Of a stretch of 64,000 nucleotides of DNA, positions 1 to 13,399 are shown piece by piece. A program made the position numbers and the translations under genes. A model generated the notes under the pieces. That model saw nothing but the letters and a program-made list of their open reading frames with translations, did not search any database and had not been told where the DNA came from. Every line of letters begins with the position of its first letter. Position 1 is the stretch's first letter. The stretch is taken from assembly GCF_036365525.1 (NCBI RefSeq), contig NC_090378.1:105344151-105408150 (forward strand), in the 5' to 3' direction. This stretch comes from Heterodontus francisci. Taxonomy: Eukaryota.

Positions 1-194
1 AATGTGCGAAGGTGGGGAGCACTGATTTCTTAAAAAATGTAGTCTTGTTTGAGTCTATTGAGCGTGTCCATTTCGACATGTTCTTAGTGGGCAAGACTGA
101 AAAGGACTGAGGTATGAGTATTAACTATTCAATGGAATGCTCCAAAGTATCCAGTATGAGGATTGTTAGCAAGAAAGCTATTCAAATGAGTCAG

Positions 195-592
195 TTTGGC
201 TCAATTGGTACCACCGTCAATTCTTTAGTCAGAAGATTGTTGGTTTAAATCCCATTGCCAGATATGAGCTAATAATTGAAGCTGACTTTGCAGTGCAGTA
301 CAAAGGGTATTGTTGTGCTTTGAGTGCTGTTCTTTGGTGGAAACTTTAAGCTGAGGGGGTTCAGTGATGTTAAAGATTCCATGGCACTCTTTGAAGAGTA
401 AGTAGTTCAACTAATGACCCCGCCAACATTTCTCCTTCAACCAAAACAGATTTATTTCATTGCTATTTGTGGGATCTTTTCAAGAGCAGAATAACTGTTC
501 CTGTTGGCAGATGCAGCAGTCACGGTCATTGTGTGATGCACTTGGGCTGTTCTGCTGTGAAAAGGTGCATCATAAATTCAAGACGCATTTAC
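195..592 (+). mobile_element. Highly diverged DeuSINE (tRNA head, SacSINE1/AmnSINE1-like)
   Basis: tRNA-like head GGCTCAATTGGTA...GGTTTAAATCCC; Deu-like core AAAGATTCCATGGCAC; tail GAAAAGGTGCATCATAAATTCAAG. Colinear with younger copies at 9608 and 19548. Confidence 0.7.
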
Positions 593-742
593 TTCTTCAA
601 AATATCTCAAAAGTATTTAACACAAGTTATTTACCTCTACACCTTATTGAAAGCTACATTTGATGCGGGACTTCAGTTGTGTGGAGAGACTAGGAAACTA
701 GGATTGGTTTTCTCAGAGGAAAGAAGGTTAAGTTGTGTTTTA

Positions 743-3700
743 AGTCATAGAGTCATAACAGCACAGAAGGAAGCCATTCGACCCATCAAGTCCATACTGG
801 CTCACTATAGAGAAATCCAGTTAGTCCCATTCCCCCGCTCAAACCCCATAACCCTGCAAGCTTATTTCCCTCAAGTGGCCAGCCAACATCCTTCTGAAAT
901 AATTCATCATCTTTGCTTCCACCACCCTCACAGGCAACGAGTTCCGGTTCATTACCCCTTGCTGCATAAAAAGGTTATTCCTCACATTCTGACTACTTTA
1001 AATCTGTGTCCCCTAGTTCTTGTACCATCAGCTAATGGGAACAGCATTTCTTTGTCTACCTTATCTAAACCTGTCCTAATCTTGTACACCTCCATCAAAT
1101 TTCTCCTTAATCTCCTTCGCTCCAAGGAGAACAACCCCAGCTTCTCCAACCTAGCCATGCAGTTAAAATCCCACATCCATGGAACGATTCTGCTAAGTCA
1201 GCCCTGCACCCTCTCGAGGTCCTTATGCGTGGTGACCAGAGCTGGATGCAATCCTCTAGTTGTGGCCTAACCAGAGCTTTATAAAGGTGCTCCATAATTT
1301 CCCTGCCTTTGAACTCAATACCTCTATTATGAAGCCCAAGATTCCATACGCTTTTCCAATTACTTTCTCAATATGCCCTGCCACCTTCAAAGATCCACAT
1401 GACCCTGAGGTCCCTCTGTCCCAGGTCTATAGAACTGGACCAATAAGCCTAGATTGCCTCCCCCTATCCCTTCTTCCAAAATGCACCACCTCACAGTTCT
1501 CTGTATTAAATTCCATCTGCCACTTGTCTGCCCATTCTGCTAGCCAATCTATGTCCTATTGCAGTCGACTGGAATCATCCTCACTTTTTGCCACACCTCC
1601 AAGTTTGGTATCATCAGCAAGTTTTGAAATTTTACTCTGTATTCCAATATCCAAGTCATTTATAAATATGAGAAAAACAGTGGTCCTAGCACTGATCCTT
1701 GGGGAACACCACTGTCTACCATCCTCCAGTCTGAAAAACAACCATTTACTACAACTCCTCACTGTTTTCTGTCCTTAAGCCAACTTTTTATCCAAGCTGA
1801 CATGGACCGTCTTATTCCATAAACCTCAATTTTGTTAGCCAGCCTTTTGTTCAGTACTATGTCAAACACTTCCTTAAAATCCATACAGAAAACATCAACG
1901 GCATTGCCTTCAACAACCTTTTCTGTTACTTCATCAAAAAATTCAATTAGATTGATCAAGCACAATCTGCCTTTTACAAATCCGTGCCAACTCTTCTTAA
2001 TTAACTCAAACTTCTCCAAGTACCTGTTAATTTTGTCCCTGATAGTTGTTTCTAAAACCTTATCCACCTTTAACGTTAAACCAGCCTGTAGTTATGAAGT
2101 ATGTCCTTACACCCTTTCTTGAATAAGGGTGTCACATTCGCCGCTCTCCAATCACCTGGCACCTCCCCGTATCCAGGGAAGATTGAAAGATTATGGTGAG
2201 CCCTTCCACAATCTCCACACCCACTTCCTTTAGCAACCTGGTCTGCAAGCCATCCAGACCATGTGATTTATCTACCCTAAGCATAGCCATCCTTTCCAGT
2301 ATCTTCTGCCTATCAATATTCACCTCATCCATTACTTTTATCATCTCCATTCCTACTGATATTTTGGCAGCATCCTCTTCATCAGTAAACAGCAATACAA
2401 AGTACTCATTTAAGTATTCTAGCCTTGCTCTGCACCTCTAAGCATATATCACTCTTGTTGGCCTGAATAGGACACATCCCACCTCTCACTACCCACCAAC
2501 TATTTACATGCCGGTAGAAGACTTTTGTGTTCCCTTTTACATTAACTGACATCTCATATTCTTTCTATGTCAGTCTTATTTTCCTCTTCCCTTCACCTCT
2601 CAACTATTACATTGGCCTGGTTCATGCTTGAAGAATTAACCTGACATACATCATAGACCCTTTTTTTTTGTTTTGTCATATTCTCTATCTCCCTCGTCAT
2701 CCAAGCAGCCCTGACTTTAGTTCCTCCACCTTTTGCCCTTATTGAAATGTGCCTAGCTTGCACCTATAACATCCCCTCCCTAAAGATCACCCATTGTTCC
2801 ATTACAGATTTTCCTGTCAATCTTTGGTTCCATTTTACCCTTGCAAAATCCCTTCTAATCCCACTGAAGTTAGCCCTCCCTCTTCCAATATAGAAATTCT
2901 ACTTTAGATTGTTCCTTGTTCTTCTCCATTACCAATCTAAACTTTATGATACAATAATCACTTTTACCCAAGTGTACCCCCACAGACACTTGGTCCACTC
3001 GGCCCACCTCATTTCCTAGCACTGGATCTAACAATACCTCCTTCCTAGTTAGACTGAGAACATACTGCAGAAGGAAGTTCTCATGAACACATTTCAGAAA
3101 TTCCTCTCCCTCCTTTCTCTTTACTCTAACATTACCCCTAAACGATATTTGGGTAATTAACATTCCCCAATATCACCACTCCATAGTTCTTGCACATCTC
3201 TGCAGATTTGCTCTTCTATCTCTCTCTCTCTCACTATTCGAAGGTCTATAGAATACCCCCAGTAGCATGATCATACCTTTTTGCTTCTCAGCTCTAACCA
3301 AATGGATTCTGTCCTTGCCCTATCAAGAACATCCTCTCTTTCCAACACTACAATGTCATCCCTAATCGGTACTACCATCACACCTCCCTTTTTCCCTCCC
3401 TATCTTTTCTGAACACTTTATACACATTAATATTAAGCACCATTTTTAAGCCACTATATCATATTCCTACATGGAAATTGGCGCATTTAGCTTCCCAAGC
3501 TTATTCACCACACTTGGTGTGTTTACACAGATGCATTCTAAACCTGTCTTTGTATTCCTTGCAGTCCTTCTTGGTCTGCTCCTATCCAATACAGTACTAC
3601 TTCCTTCTCGAGTACTATCTAACACTCTCACTTTATGTGCCTTATTCCTCTTTTCTACTTCTATATGATGGTGCCCATCCCGCTGCCACTAATGAAGCTT

Positions 3701-3881
3701 CCCACAAAGACATTGATTCCAGTCCTGTTGAGGTGCAACTTGTCCCTTTTGAATAAGTGCCACCTGCCCCAGAACTGGTCCCAATGCCCTAAGAATCTGA
3801 AGCCCTCCCTCCTGCACCAAGCCTCAAGCCATGCACTGATCCTCCCTAACTTCCTATTTCTACTTTTGCTCGCGTGCAGCA
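743..3881 (-). mobile_element. CR1 LINE, decayed: ORF1 esterase end, APE, RT, 3' UTR
   Basis: Minus-strand ORF pieces: WLEAWCRREGFRFLGHW...DKLHLN (ORF1), LGKSDYCIIKF (APE), HGFVKGRLCLINLIEFFDEVT and KLADDTKLGG (RT), LEKLGLFSLERRRLR; CTATGACT-type tail repeat at 743-757. Confidence 0.93.
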
Positions 3882-3884
3882 CAT

Positions 3885-4267
3885 TAGAACATAAGAACAT
3901 AAGAAATAGGAGCAGGAGTAGGCCATTCAGCCCCTCAAGCCTGCCCACCATTCAATAAGATCATGGCTGATCTGCCCCCATTCTCAACTCCTCTTTTGTG
4001 CCAGCTCCTCATAACTCTCAACTCCCCGATATTTCAAAATTCTATCTACCTCCTCTTTCAATACTTTCAGTGATCTAGCCTCCACAACTCCCTGGGGTAG
4101 AGAATTCCAGACATTCACTACCCTCTGAGAGAAGAAATTCCTTCACATCTCAGTTTTAAATGAGTGTAACTATGTTCCCTAGTTCGAGATTCCCCCACTA
4201 GTGGAAACATCTTCTCAACATCTGCCCTGTCATGCGCCCTCAGAATCTTGTACATTTCAATAATCCA
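3885..4267 (-). mobile_element. CR1 LINE 3' fragment
   Basis: Tail AGAACATAAGAACATAAGAAATAGGAGCAGGAGTAGGCC; translation YKILRAHDRADVEKMFPLVGESRTR. Confidence 0.9.
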
Positions 4268-4889
4268 GAGATTACTGCCTTCTGGTTTTATGGATTTCAA
4301 AACTATGGCAGAATTCTTAAACATGTCCATCTGTAGAGCAAGCAATTTTGTGTAGGGAAACATCCCTTAAAACATCGCACAAATTTTTACATTTAACACA
4401 GGCAGTGAAATTTGCTGCCTGAGTGCCAGACATTTTGCAGCTGCAGATGAAAATGTTGGTTTATGAGCTGGATTGAGTTATAAATTAGTATACAACAAAT
4501 CACTTGACAAACCCATCGAGATAATGAAGTCTTACAAGTTACACTTTTCGAAGGCATCACAATGGAAGGTGTGGTGGCTCTTTCCTTGACTATTATGCAT
4601 TGCAGCTGTGTTATGGCTTGCAGGTTGTGGATGCCATTGACTAATTCAAGGATCAGCTTGTCCTCATTTCCCCCATCACGGGTCCCACTGCCCACCTCCA
4701 AGTGCTATTCTACTGAGGAGAAGAAATACAGTACAGCTTTGCTAAATTTTCCAAAATTATTTATTGCCTTCTGGGCCTTACTTTATCCTGTAAAGAATCT
4801 TGCCAAGAAACAAGCAGAGAAGACAAGCAGTTGAAATGAGAAGCAGAGGACAAATTGGACCAAGAAACAGAAGACTTGTCTATATAACT

Positions 4890-5147
4890 GCTCCACCATT
4901 GGTGGCTGTGCCTTCAGCTGCCTAGGTCCTAAGCTCTGAAATTCCCTCCCTCAATCTCTCCCCCTCCCCCTCTTTCCTTCTTTAAGACACTCCTTAAAGC
5001 CTACCTCTTTGATCAAGCTTTTTGGCCACCTGCCCTAATATCTCCTTATGTGGCTTGAGATCCAATTTTGCTTCATAACACTCCTGTGAAGCACCTTGGG
5101 TCGTTTCATTACGTTAAAGGTCCAATTTAAGTACAAGTTGTTGTTGT
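4890..5147 (+). mobile_element. L2-clade LINE 3' end
   Basis: GGCTGTGCCTTCAGCTGCCTAGG...TTTAAGACACTCCTTAAAGCCTACCTCTTTGA (FKTLLKxYLF); tail ending (GTT)n. Homologous to 52189-52510. Confidence 0.8.
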
Positions 5148-6838
5148 ATAAAGAAATAATCACTCAACAAGAGCTGTAAGGCAGTCTGTAACAAACAACA
5201 TGTTTCTTTGCCCAAAACACCCAAAATAGTACCTTGTGGGAGACGTGCCGAATACCGTTGCCAGATAAAGCAGCACATTCAATGGTCTCCGTCAAACATC
5301 AAAACATATTAATACAACAGCATTTCTCCCCAACTAACTTAATCAGCCTCATATTAAAGACCGATTGGAACACATTACAGTATCATCCCAACTTCTATTA
5401 ATCTTTGCATAGTTGTACAATTGTGTTGCATTTTCCACTGCTGCTTCCCTTTAATGAATGTATATGGTATATGTCTCCTGCTTTCTAAGCATGTGTTCCA
5501 TATGTTTTCCTTTAACAGGAGGAAGTGAGGTGGTTGGCTGCTGCAGGTCAGTCAGTATATGCCCTAGGAACAAGGTGCTCTCCTTGGACTTGGTCACTAA
5601 ATAGCTCTGCCACAGGCAATTATGTAGTGTCTGCATGCTATGTAACGTATCTGTAATCATTTGAGATGGGCAGTTGTATGATACGGATGTAGCTTTGTCC
5701 TGAGAGAAAACATCATCTCAGTTCTTGCTTGCTAGGCCAAAGCTTGCTGGGTACTCCCTCAGTATGGCCAAAGATCCGAATGGCAGCAAATCAATAGGCA
5801 GTGATGAGTTGATGAAGCCTGCTGCATAATTTGTTCTCCAACATGTTAAATGCCAAGATAGATGCACAGCATTGGACCCCAAGGTCTCTAAAGCCCCAAA
5901 CACAGCATTTGTTACATGACCTGTGGCTGAATGTAGGACCTTGAGCAAGGACAGCAGTGCTGCACAGGGCTATGGAGTGGCCAAATTCTCTACTGTGGTC
6001 TGCAGTATGGACAGGTAATAATGCAACACTGCACACTTGTGGTTTGTGGACACCTCTGTAGATGTCTCCAAACTGTGTATGTTGCTGAACACCCTCTGAA
6101 ATGGCTGTGTGAACTGCTGATACTGAGCTAATAAACTACATTTGAAGTCTGGCCCCATGAGGTCCAATTCTGGGCTTATCAGCCGCTGGAGCCCTCAACT
6201 GACCCTGTAAGCAATGGTTTGCAGTTCCTCCAATTCACCTGCACTTGTTCCTTCTCAGTTATGCCCCCTGCTTCATGAATTGACAATGCAGCAGATATAT
6301 CCGTGCTCGTGCTTTCTACTGAATGAGTGGGTGACGCAGAGTGCTGTAAGGTGCTCGGTTGAGTCTACAGAATGGACTCTGCCGTTTACCTCTATTGCAA
6401 AACTACAGCAACAGAAGAACAGGTTTAGAACTATGACATTTTTTTAAAAATAGCTTATATGGTGAAATACATTAAATATTAGGTGACCGACCTCCTCCCT
6501 GAACTTCAAATGTTGCTGCCTTCTCCTGCAAGCATATAGAAAAGGGACACATATTGGAAAGAGGAATCTATCTACCCTAATACCCACCGCAATAGTCAGC
6601 AGGTTAGTTTGTGAACACATAGTATGCAGACACCTGAGTTTTCAGTGTGTTTAGTGTTTTTGTTGCTTGCCACATGTAGCAACTGCAATACCGTAGCAGC
6701 ATTACATAGCGCTCTGGTACAACATGTGGAGCCTGTGCATTTGGCTAGTTGTCAGAGTGCTGTGTAGTTTCCTTTTATAATTATAACCAAAATACAAAGT
6801 GAACTGCTGTTAACATGGCTTCTGCAATGAAACTAAAT

Positions 6839-7200
6839 GTACATAAAATCATGAATGCTTTTGATAGAGTAAGTAAGGAGAAACTGTTTCCACTGGTAGC
6901 AGGGTCAGTAACCAGAGGACACGGATTTGAAGAATTGGCAGAAGAACCAGAGGCACCGTGAGGGGAACATTTTTTTTTACTCAGTAGGTTTTTATGATCT
7001 GGAATCACTGCCTGCAAGGGTGCTGGAAGCAGATTTAGTAGCAACTTTTAAATAGGAATCAGATAAATAACTGAAGGGGGAAAATTTGCAGGGCTGTAGG
7101 GAAAGGGTGGAAGAGTGAGACTAATTGGTTAGTTCTTTCAAAGAGCTGACATAGGCATGATAGGCAGAATGGCCTTGTGTGCTATATCATTCCATGCTTC
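6839..7200 (+). mobile_element. CR1 LINE 3' fragment
   Basis: Encodes KLFPLVAGSVTRGHGF and IWNxLP; CR1 3' UTR stem region GATAGGCAGAATGGCC. Confidence 0.85.
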
Positions 7201-7302
7201 GCAATAGTGTGGTCAACTTTAAACACCCTACTGCCAATAGGACATTGAAAAACAGGGGTAGGTTTGGAGAAGGATGATTCTTCTACTCTGAATTCTAAGT
7301 CG

Positions 7303-7399
7303 GCTCACCACTACCTTCTCAAGGGCAATTAGGGATGAGCAATAAATGCTGGCCGAGCCAGCGTCGCCCACATCCCGTGGAGGAATAAATTTTTAAAAA
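7303..7399 (+). mobile_element. LINE family B 3' tail fragment
   Basis: CTCAAGGGCAATTAGGGATGAGCAATAAATGCTGGCC matches the tail of the copy ending at 36552. Confidence 0.85.
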
Positions 7400-7934
7400 C
7401 TCAGGGAGCTGAACTACACTGCAGAGAATGTGATTCACAGCATGTAGCGTGAATATCCTGAGACATTTTACTGGTGCTCAGCTGTGCATTAAACTGACAG
7501 CAAAGTGGAATTCGCTAAAAAGCAATCCCATGTGGTACAAGATAACATCCCTGCTGCTGCTTGCCTTCGTGTTGCCTGGATATGCAGCTAAGCTCCCGCC
7601 TGAGCATAATTAGCAGATGGTCACATGCCGGGAACGACCTTTGACTTTTAGTACACAGATGGTGATCTGAGCTTAAAATCCCAACTCTACATGTGTACAC
7701 ACGGTAGTGTTGTTCTTTACCTCCTTTCCGTACCCCCTCTCTCTCCCTCTCTCTTTCGAAGCTGGTTATTCGTGCTGGACTACAGGTCTGTAGTTGGTGT
7801 GAACTGAAGACAGAGAATGTCAGGAGGCTATTCCACCATAGAGTCCATCAATACCACATCTGCTCACATCACCTGACATTCGCACTGGTGCCAAGAGTCA
7901 CTGGAAATGCTCAGACAGCATAAGTTAATGAAGT

Positions 7935-8650
7935 AAAAGCAAAATACTGCAGATTCTGGAAATCTGAAATAAAAACAGAAAGTGCTGGAAATACTCAGCA
8001 GGTCAAGCAGCATCTGTGGAGAGAGAAACAGAGTCAATGTTTCAGGTCTGTGACCTTTAATTCATGACTAATCGCTCTGGAGAGAGTACAGAGGAGATTT
8101 ACAAGAATGTTGCCAGGGCTCGAAGGTTGCAACTATGAGGAAAGATTGGATAGGCTCAGTTTGTTTTCCTTAGAACAGAGGAGGCTGAGGGGTGACTTAA
8201 TAGAGGTGTATAAAATTATGAGGGGCCTAGACAGGAGGGGCCTTTTTCCCCTAGCAAAGAGGTCACAGGGGACACAGATTTAAGGTAGAAGCATTAGAGG
8301 GGACATGAGGAAAAATGTTTTCATTCAGAGGGTGGTGGGTGTCTGGAATTCACTGCCAGGAATGGTGGTGGAGGCAGAAACCCTCAATTCTTTTAAAAGG
8401 TACCTGGACATGCACCTGAAGTGCTGTAACCTGCAAGGCTATGGACCAGGTGTTGTAAGGTGGGATTAGATTGGGCAGCTGTTTTTTTTTCCCGGCTGGC
8501 ACGGACACGATGGGCTGAATGGCCTCCTTCTATGCCGCAATTTTTCTATGGCTCTATGAAAGGTAACAGATCTGGAACGTTAACTCTGTTTCTCTCTCCA
8601 CAGATGCTGCCTGACCTGCTGAGTATTTCCAGCACTTTCTGTTTTTATTA
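7935..8650. mobile_element. Inverted pair of Penelope-like terminal repeats with a CR1 piece at the centre
   Basis: 7935-8058 is the reverse complement of 8556-8650 (same sequence as PLE ends at 41229 and 46540). Imperfect flanking duplication TAAGTTAATGAAG (7921-7933) / TAATATAATGAAG (8653-8665). Confidence 0.8.
8066..8558 (+). mobile_element. CR1 LINE 3' fragment
   Basis: Encodes [27 protein letters not shown]; ends TTCTATGGCTCTATG. Confidence 0.92.
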
Positions 8651-9607
8651 CTTAATATAATGAAGGTCTGGCAGTTTCTATAAATGACTAGTTTTTACTT
8701 TCCAATGGCAACCAATAAAACTCCCCGAATGCATTTGGTTAATGGAAGGCATCAACCAGTTCATTGAAAACTGCATCCTGTAAAGTTGCATTGAGGTCCT
8801 TAAGAGTTGGTTATGTTTTCATATTGAAAGAATCTATAATGCTTACAGAAGTTATTATTTTTGGCTTATGCCTAGCTCCAAAATGCTTGAAAACGGAACC
8901 AAATAAAATATCAAAAGCCTAATTTCTCTGGGTCAGAGTGGATGCCTCAGATCCTCCTGCAAAATAAACCGAGTGACCTCGGCACTCACCTGCCCCCTTC
9001 AGGAATTTCTAACTTGATTACAGCCACAAACTGTGCCTGAGGGTTTTTTTGAACCCCTGCATTAAAAAGCGATCGAATAATCAGGGTGATTCGACACTCT
9101 CAGTGGAGCAGCCAATGTCTGAGGGACACACAGGTCAGAGATTGGGCCAATGTAGCTCCAATTTTGCACCAAGTCAGTGCAATTCCCTGCTAGAAGGGTA
9201 GGATTGCAGAATTATCCGATCGGGTTTATCTGTAGCTCATATCCTACTGAAAGCTGAGACTGACTCCACGCCTTCACTTTTTGATAAAGTCTACGTCAGG
9301 GTTAGGATGGTCAACCATTCGATGGCAGTGATCGTGTGCTTTGAACATGTTGCTAATCCTTTGCTTGTTTCCTAGGTTGGCATGTATGTTGACGCTACAC
9401 AATTGAAAGATTTGCACCAGACACTGATACTTTATGAATCTGGGATGCTAATGAATAGTCAACCACTTTCAAACTGTGATCTGAACCCAAGTGCTTTATG
9501 AAAACCGCTGGTAGAAACTTGAATTAGTGAGTCTAATCTCCTGTAAGAATTCCCACAGAGAACTGAACTCATGAATAATGTAAACAAGATTCATTGAACA
9601 GCAAATG

Positions 9608-10040
9608 TGCCTGGTTCAACGGTAGCATTGCCACCTCTGAGTCAGAAGGTTGTGGGTTTAAGTCCCACTCCAGAGCCTTGAGTACAAAATCTAGGCTGAC
9701 ACTTCAGTGCGGTACTGAGAGAATGCTGCACTGTCAGAGGTGCTGTCTTTCAACTGAGATCTCAAACTGAGACCCCTCTACCCTCTCCGGTGGATATAAT
9801 AGATCACATTTCAAAGAGGTGAGTTACCCCTAGTGCCCTGGCCAATATTTATCCCTCAACCAGCACCACTAAAACAGATTATCTGGTCATCATCACATTG
9901 CAGTTCATTTGACTTTTGCTATAAGTAAATTGGCTGCCACATTTCTTATATTACACCAGCGACTACAATTCAAAAACTGCTGTGAAGAGATTTCTAAAGT
10001 CCGGAAGAAAGGAAAGGTACGTTAGAAATACAAGTTTTCT
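9608..10040 (+). mobile_element. DeuSINE, near full length
   Basis: CCTCTGAGTCAGAAGGTTGTGGGTTTAAGTCCCACTCCAG head; Deu core; AAATACAAGT tail. Confidence 0.85.
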
Positions 10041-11124
10041 TTTATACGCTCTTGCTCCGCTGTGTGTTGAAATTGGGGTTCATCTCACTGCTTCTAAAGC
10101 TACTTTTCCAATAGCCTTGGAGGTGTTGGCACCAGTGGTTCCCTATACAGATTCCATGCAACCAGCACAAACCCTAGTGTGAAGCTGTTAGATCCACTCA
10201 ATCCACGTGCCGAGAAAATCCAAATGTAAAACCAAACAGATTCTTTGCCCAATCGCAAATCTGTGGTCTTCAGTGATCCCTTCCTCTGGCTGGCTTTTAA
10301 AACCCAACCTTGGCATCACTTAACCGCCAACTGCTGACTGACCTCATCCTCCATCCTGCTTTTTTCAATCCCTGTGCTTTCCTGCATGATGTGCGTTGGC
10401 CCTTCATCCATGTTACACAATTATAAAAACAGTGGAGATTTCCTCAGTTTGGCCCTCCAGGCAGGGTTTCCCTTCAAGCAGGTCAGCCTTACTTTCCCAG
10501 GGATAGCAGCGGAAATAATAAAGCCAAGAGAGTCATAAAGATCTCAGTCTCTGAATGGGAGCTCTCACCCGGGACATGCATTAAACAGGTTTCTCTCTGC
10601 AGGTACAGTCAAAGCTGGCAATTCTAGGTCCTTAGTGTAAGTACTTCAAGATCTGGCTCTCCGCGGTTAATTATCCAAACATAACAAACCGTTCCCAAGT
10701 AAGGCCTCCCATGTTTACAAAACAGTTTCAGGGAGAACCTACTACAATCAAGCTCGACTCATCAGCGTCTGAAACACACTGGAACCCAATACTAGGGGTG
10801 GGAGCCAAGCCAGAAAATGTGTTTTCAATTGGCCTGCACAGCCTGTCTGAGATGAGGTAACACAGAATTTTAAGTGATTGTACTTCCAGCGCTCACCAGT
10901 ATTGTTATCATATACATATCACACACCTACCACACAGGAGGTGTGCACCATCTGTACAGATCCAAATTCTTAACCAAATTGTGCGTCCTTTCTTTAAATG
11001 TAAGCCTGGTGCATCATGTATGCACCATGCCCAGTTCACAACTGGTGTGCCTAGCAGCTGATAGTGATACTCACAGATGGTGCAGCATCAGATCTTTGAC
11101 AGCAGTACTGTACTTTTTTTTACT

Positions 11125-11415
11125 TTACTCTTGGCATCGCCAAGCCCGAGTTTTCCTGAGCTGGTGGTAAGCCACCTTCTTGAACTGCGTATTAGTGGTT
11201 TGAGACAACCAAGTGGCTTGTTAGGCCACTCGACAGGGCAGTTAAGAGTTGGTGTGGGATTGGAGTCACCTATAGCCCAGTTTCCTTCCCTAAAGAACAT
11301 TAGCAAACTAGTTAGGTTCTTAACAGAAATCTGACAGCTGCATGGTCACAATTACTGATACCAGCTGTATTATTTCTAGATCTTTTTATTAAAACTGAAT
11401 TCAAATTCTCAAACA
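11125..11415 (-). mobile_element. tRNA-derived SINE family B, diverged
   Basis: GGGCAGTTAAGAG...TGGAGTCAC...TTTCCTTCCCTAAAG...TGAATTCAAATT, shared with copies at 40341 and 51410. Confidence 0.75.
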
Positions 11416-12802
11416 GTCTCATTTCTCAAGAGTTCACTTTTGCTATATTATTATGTCCAGGCCTCTGGGCTCGATGTTACTGTATCCTGTATCTCCTTCA
11501 CCCAATACATTAAGAGGCAATTTCATCGATGACAACGTGACCCCTATCTGAATGCTGGACTCCAGTGGGTGTGATGCCCCCCCTTGGTCTACAATAGGGC
11601 ACATGTTTATTTGAGTATGTTGTACTGTGTCAGATAGGTAGAGCCCGGGACTATTGCGCTTGGCATCCTCAAATCTCTGACAGCGACTCTGAAGATCAGG
11701 TACAGCTGGAAGGCACAAGCTTTGAGCTGAATCCTAGTCATTCTCGAGTTGCCACGTTTGTAAAACTTTATCACTCATTATTTTATAAGAAAGGGGAGTG
11801 GTGTGGGTAGAAGTGTTTGTAGTTGCTGGGCAAATGACCTTCATCGACAGCTGGGTATCAGTTACTTCGGTTGTGAGATGGTTAGGAATAAGTGTTAATG
11901 TGAAATGGCGGGGGCAGTGGGTGCTAGAGCTGAGGTTCCCATGATAGCTCGTGGGTATCTGCACTGCCCCAGTGTGGCCCTGATGCATATAGAAAGAGGA
12001 AGGTACCCAACATTGCTTTTGGCCTAGGCAGAGTTAATTGAACTGAGTTCCAGTGGTGCAGAGGTACTTTCCCTGGATGGAGAACAATTGTATGTGTGTG
12101 TGCATATGCACTTGTGTTCGTACACACCAGCTGAGGACAGTAGCAACCCCATTCGTGATGCCCCACTTGCTTCAACAGCTCAATGTTCACACATTAAGAC
12201 TGCTCAGTGCCGGAAGTCTCCCTTCACGTGTGAAATCCCAGCACCAGGGTGGCTCATCACCTTCAAGAGAGGTGTAGTGAAAAATAAAAAAGGTTGTGGA
12301 AACAAGGACTCGGATTAAACATTCATCGCTGGTTTCTCATTCATGTCAAATACAGAAATCAAAAAGCATTTTCCAAAAGGACAACAAAATCCATTGACTG
12401 ACTGACTGAAGAATTGGAAGTGAATTGGTTGACCCAGCCTTCCGAGACAGGACAAACTAATCCATTTCAGAATGCTGTACTACCTCCCAACACCTTTCAC
12501 TTTAGTCAGACAAAGCTCCATTAACAGTGAAAAGCTCAGTAATCAATAAGTAATAAATAAAACATTGAATCAGAGAAATTGCTCAGTGACAATAATGTAC
12601 ACTGGGCAATGCATTACTCTGATGTTTCAGGCTAACTTTCCTCTCAGGGTGCCTGCAATATTGCCACACTTGCACATTAGGACAGGAAGCATGATTAGTT
12701 CTGCATCCTTGAAAGCATCTTGTGAGATCCATAAGTGCACTCTCGAAAGACAACTGATAACCATTATTGAAAGGGTTAAATCGCAAGGGTATCAACATGC
12801 CT

Positions 12803-13025
12803 CTAATGAGGGTTCTAGTGTGGAAGAGGGGATAGAGTTGATTTAAGCAGACATAACTTAGTGAATTGGGCTTTAATGAGTGCCCCAGTGTGCTCTATAT
12901 TGGAATAGGGGATGGAGACTGTTAGTGTTCAGAGCTTCCTGTATGTGAGGTTATAATGGGGGTCCCAGTGTATTTTGACTGGGATAGGGGATGGAGCCTG
13001 TTAAAGTTCAGAGCTCCATATATAA
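12803..13025. repeat. Local ~80-bp tandem repeat (two full units plus one partial)
   Basis: CCCAGTGT...ATAGGGGATGGAGnCTGTTAnnGTTCAGAGCT at 12884 and 12964; degenerate unit at 12803. Confidence 0.75.
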
Positions 13026-13399
13026 CATTATAGAGTCATAGAAATTTCTTTCCAAAGGAAGGGATTCCTTCCCTTATTTTGTCTGAAAACAAGTTAAGCA
13101 ATCCTTTTAATATCCCTTCATAGGCCTCAGTTTCCATTCACAAAATGTGTGAATCCAGTTACCTTTCAAATTGACCCTGAACCAACTTCATCTTGAGATT
13201 CAGCTCCAAACGCCCACTAAGTCACAAGGTAAACGTATTGTTTTATCCTCTAACTTTGCCCAAGGCTGGTTAATTTTGCACTTGAGTTGCCTAGTCCCGT
13301 CTTTATTGTCCAAGATAAATGACTTGCTTACTTCAACCTTATCTTACTCATTAGCCCTGCATATAGTTTGGCTTCATTGGCAAATTGGATAATAAAAGA

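Noticed and set aside
467-1270. 267-aa ORF, the longest in the track
   Set aside because: Runs across a SINE tail and the antisense strand of a CR1; no coherent protein.
5718-6194. Minus-strand frame of ~159 codons with one internal stop
   Set aside because: No recognisable motif, and frames like this are expected by chance in this much sequence; a faint resemblance to DIRS ORF1 could not be supported.
11006-11046. Small hairpins TGGTGCAT/ATGCACCA and CCAGTT/AACTGG
   Set aside because: Stems of 6-8 bp are too short for a pre-miRNA or MITE call.
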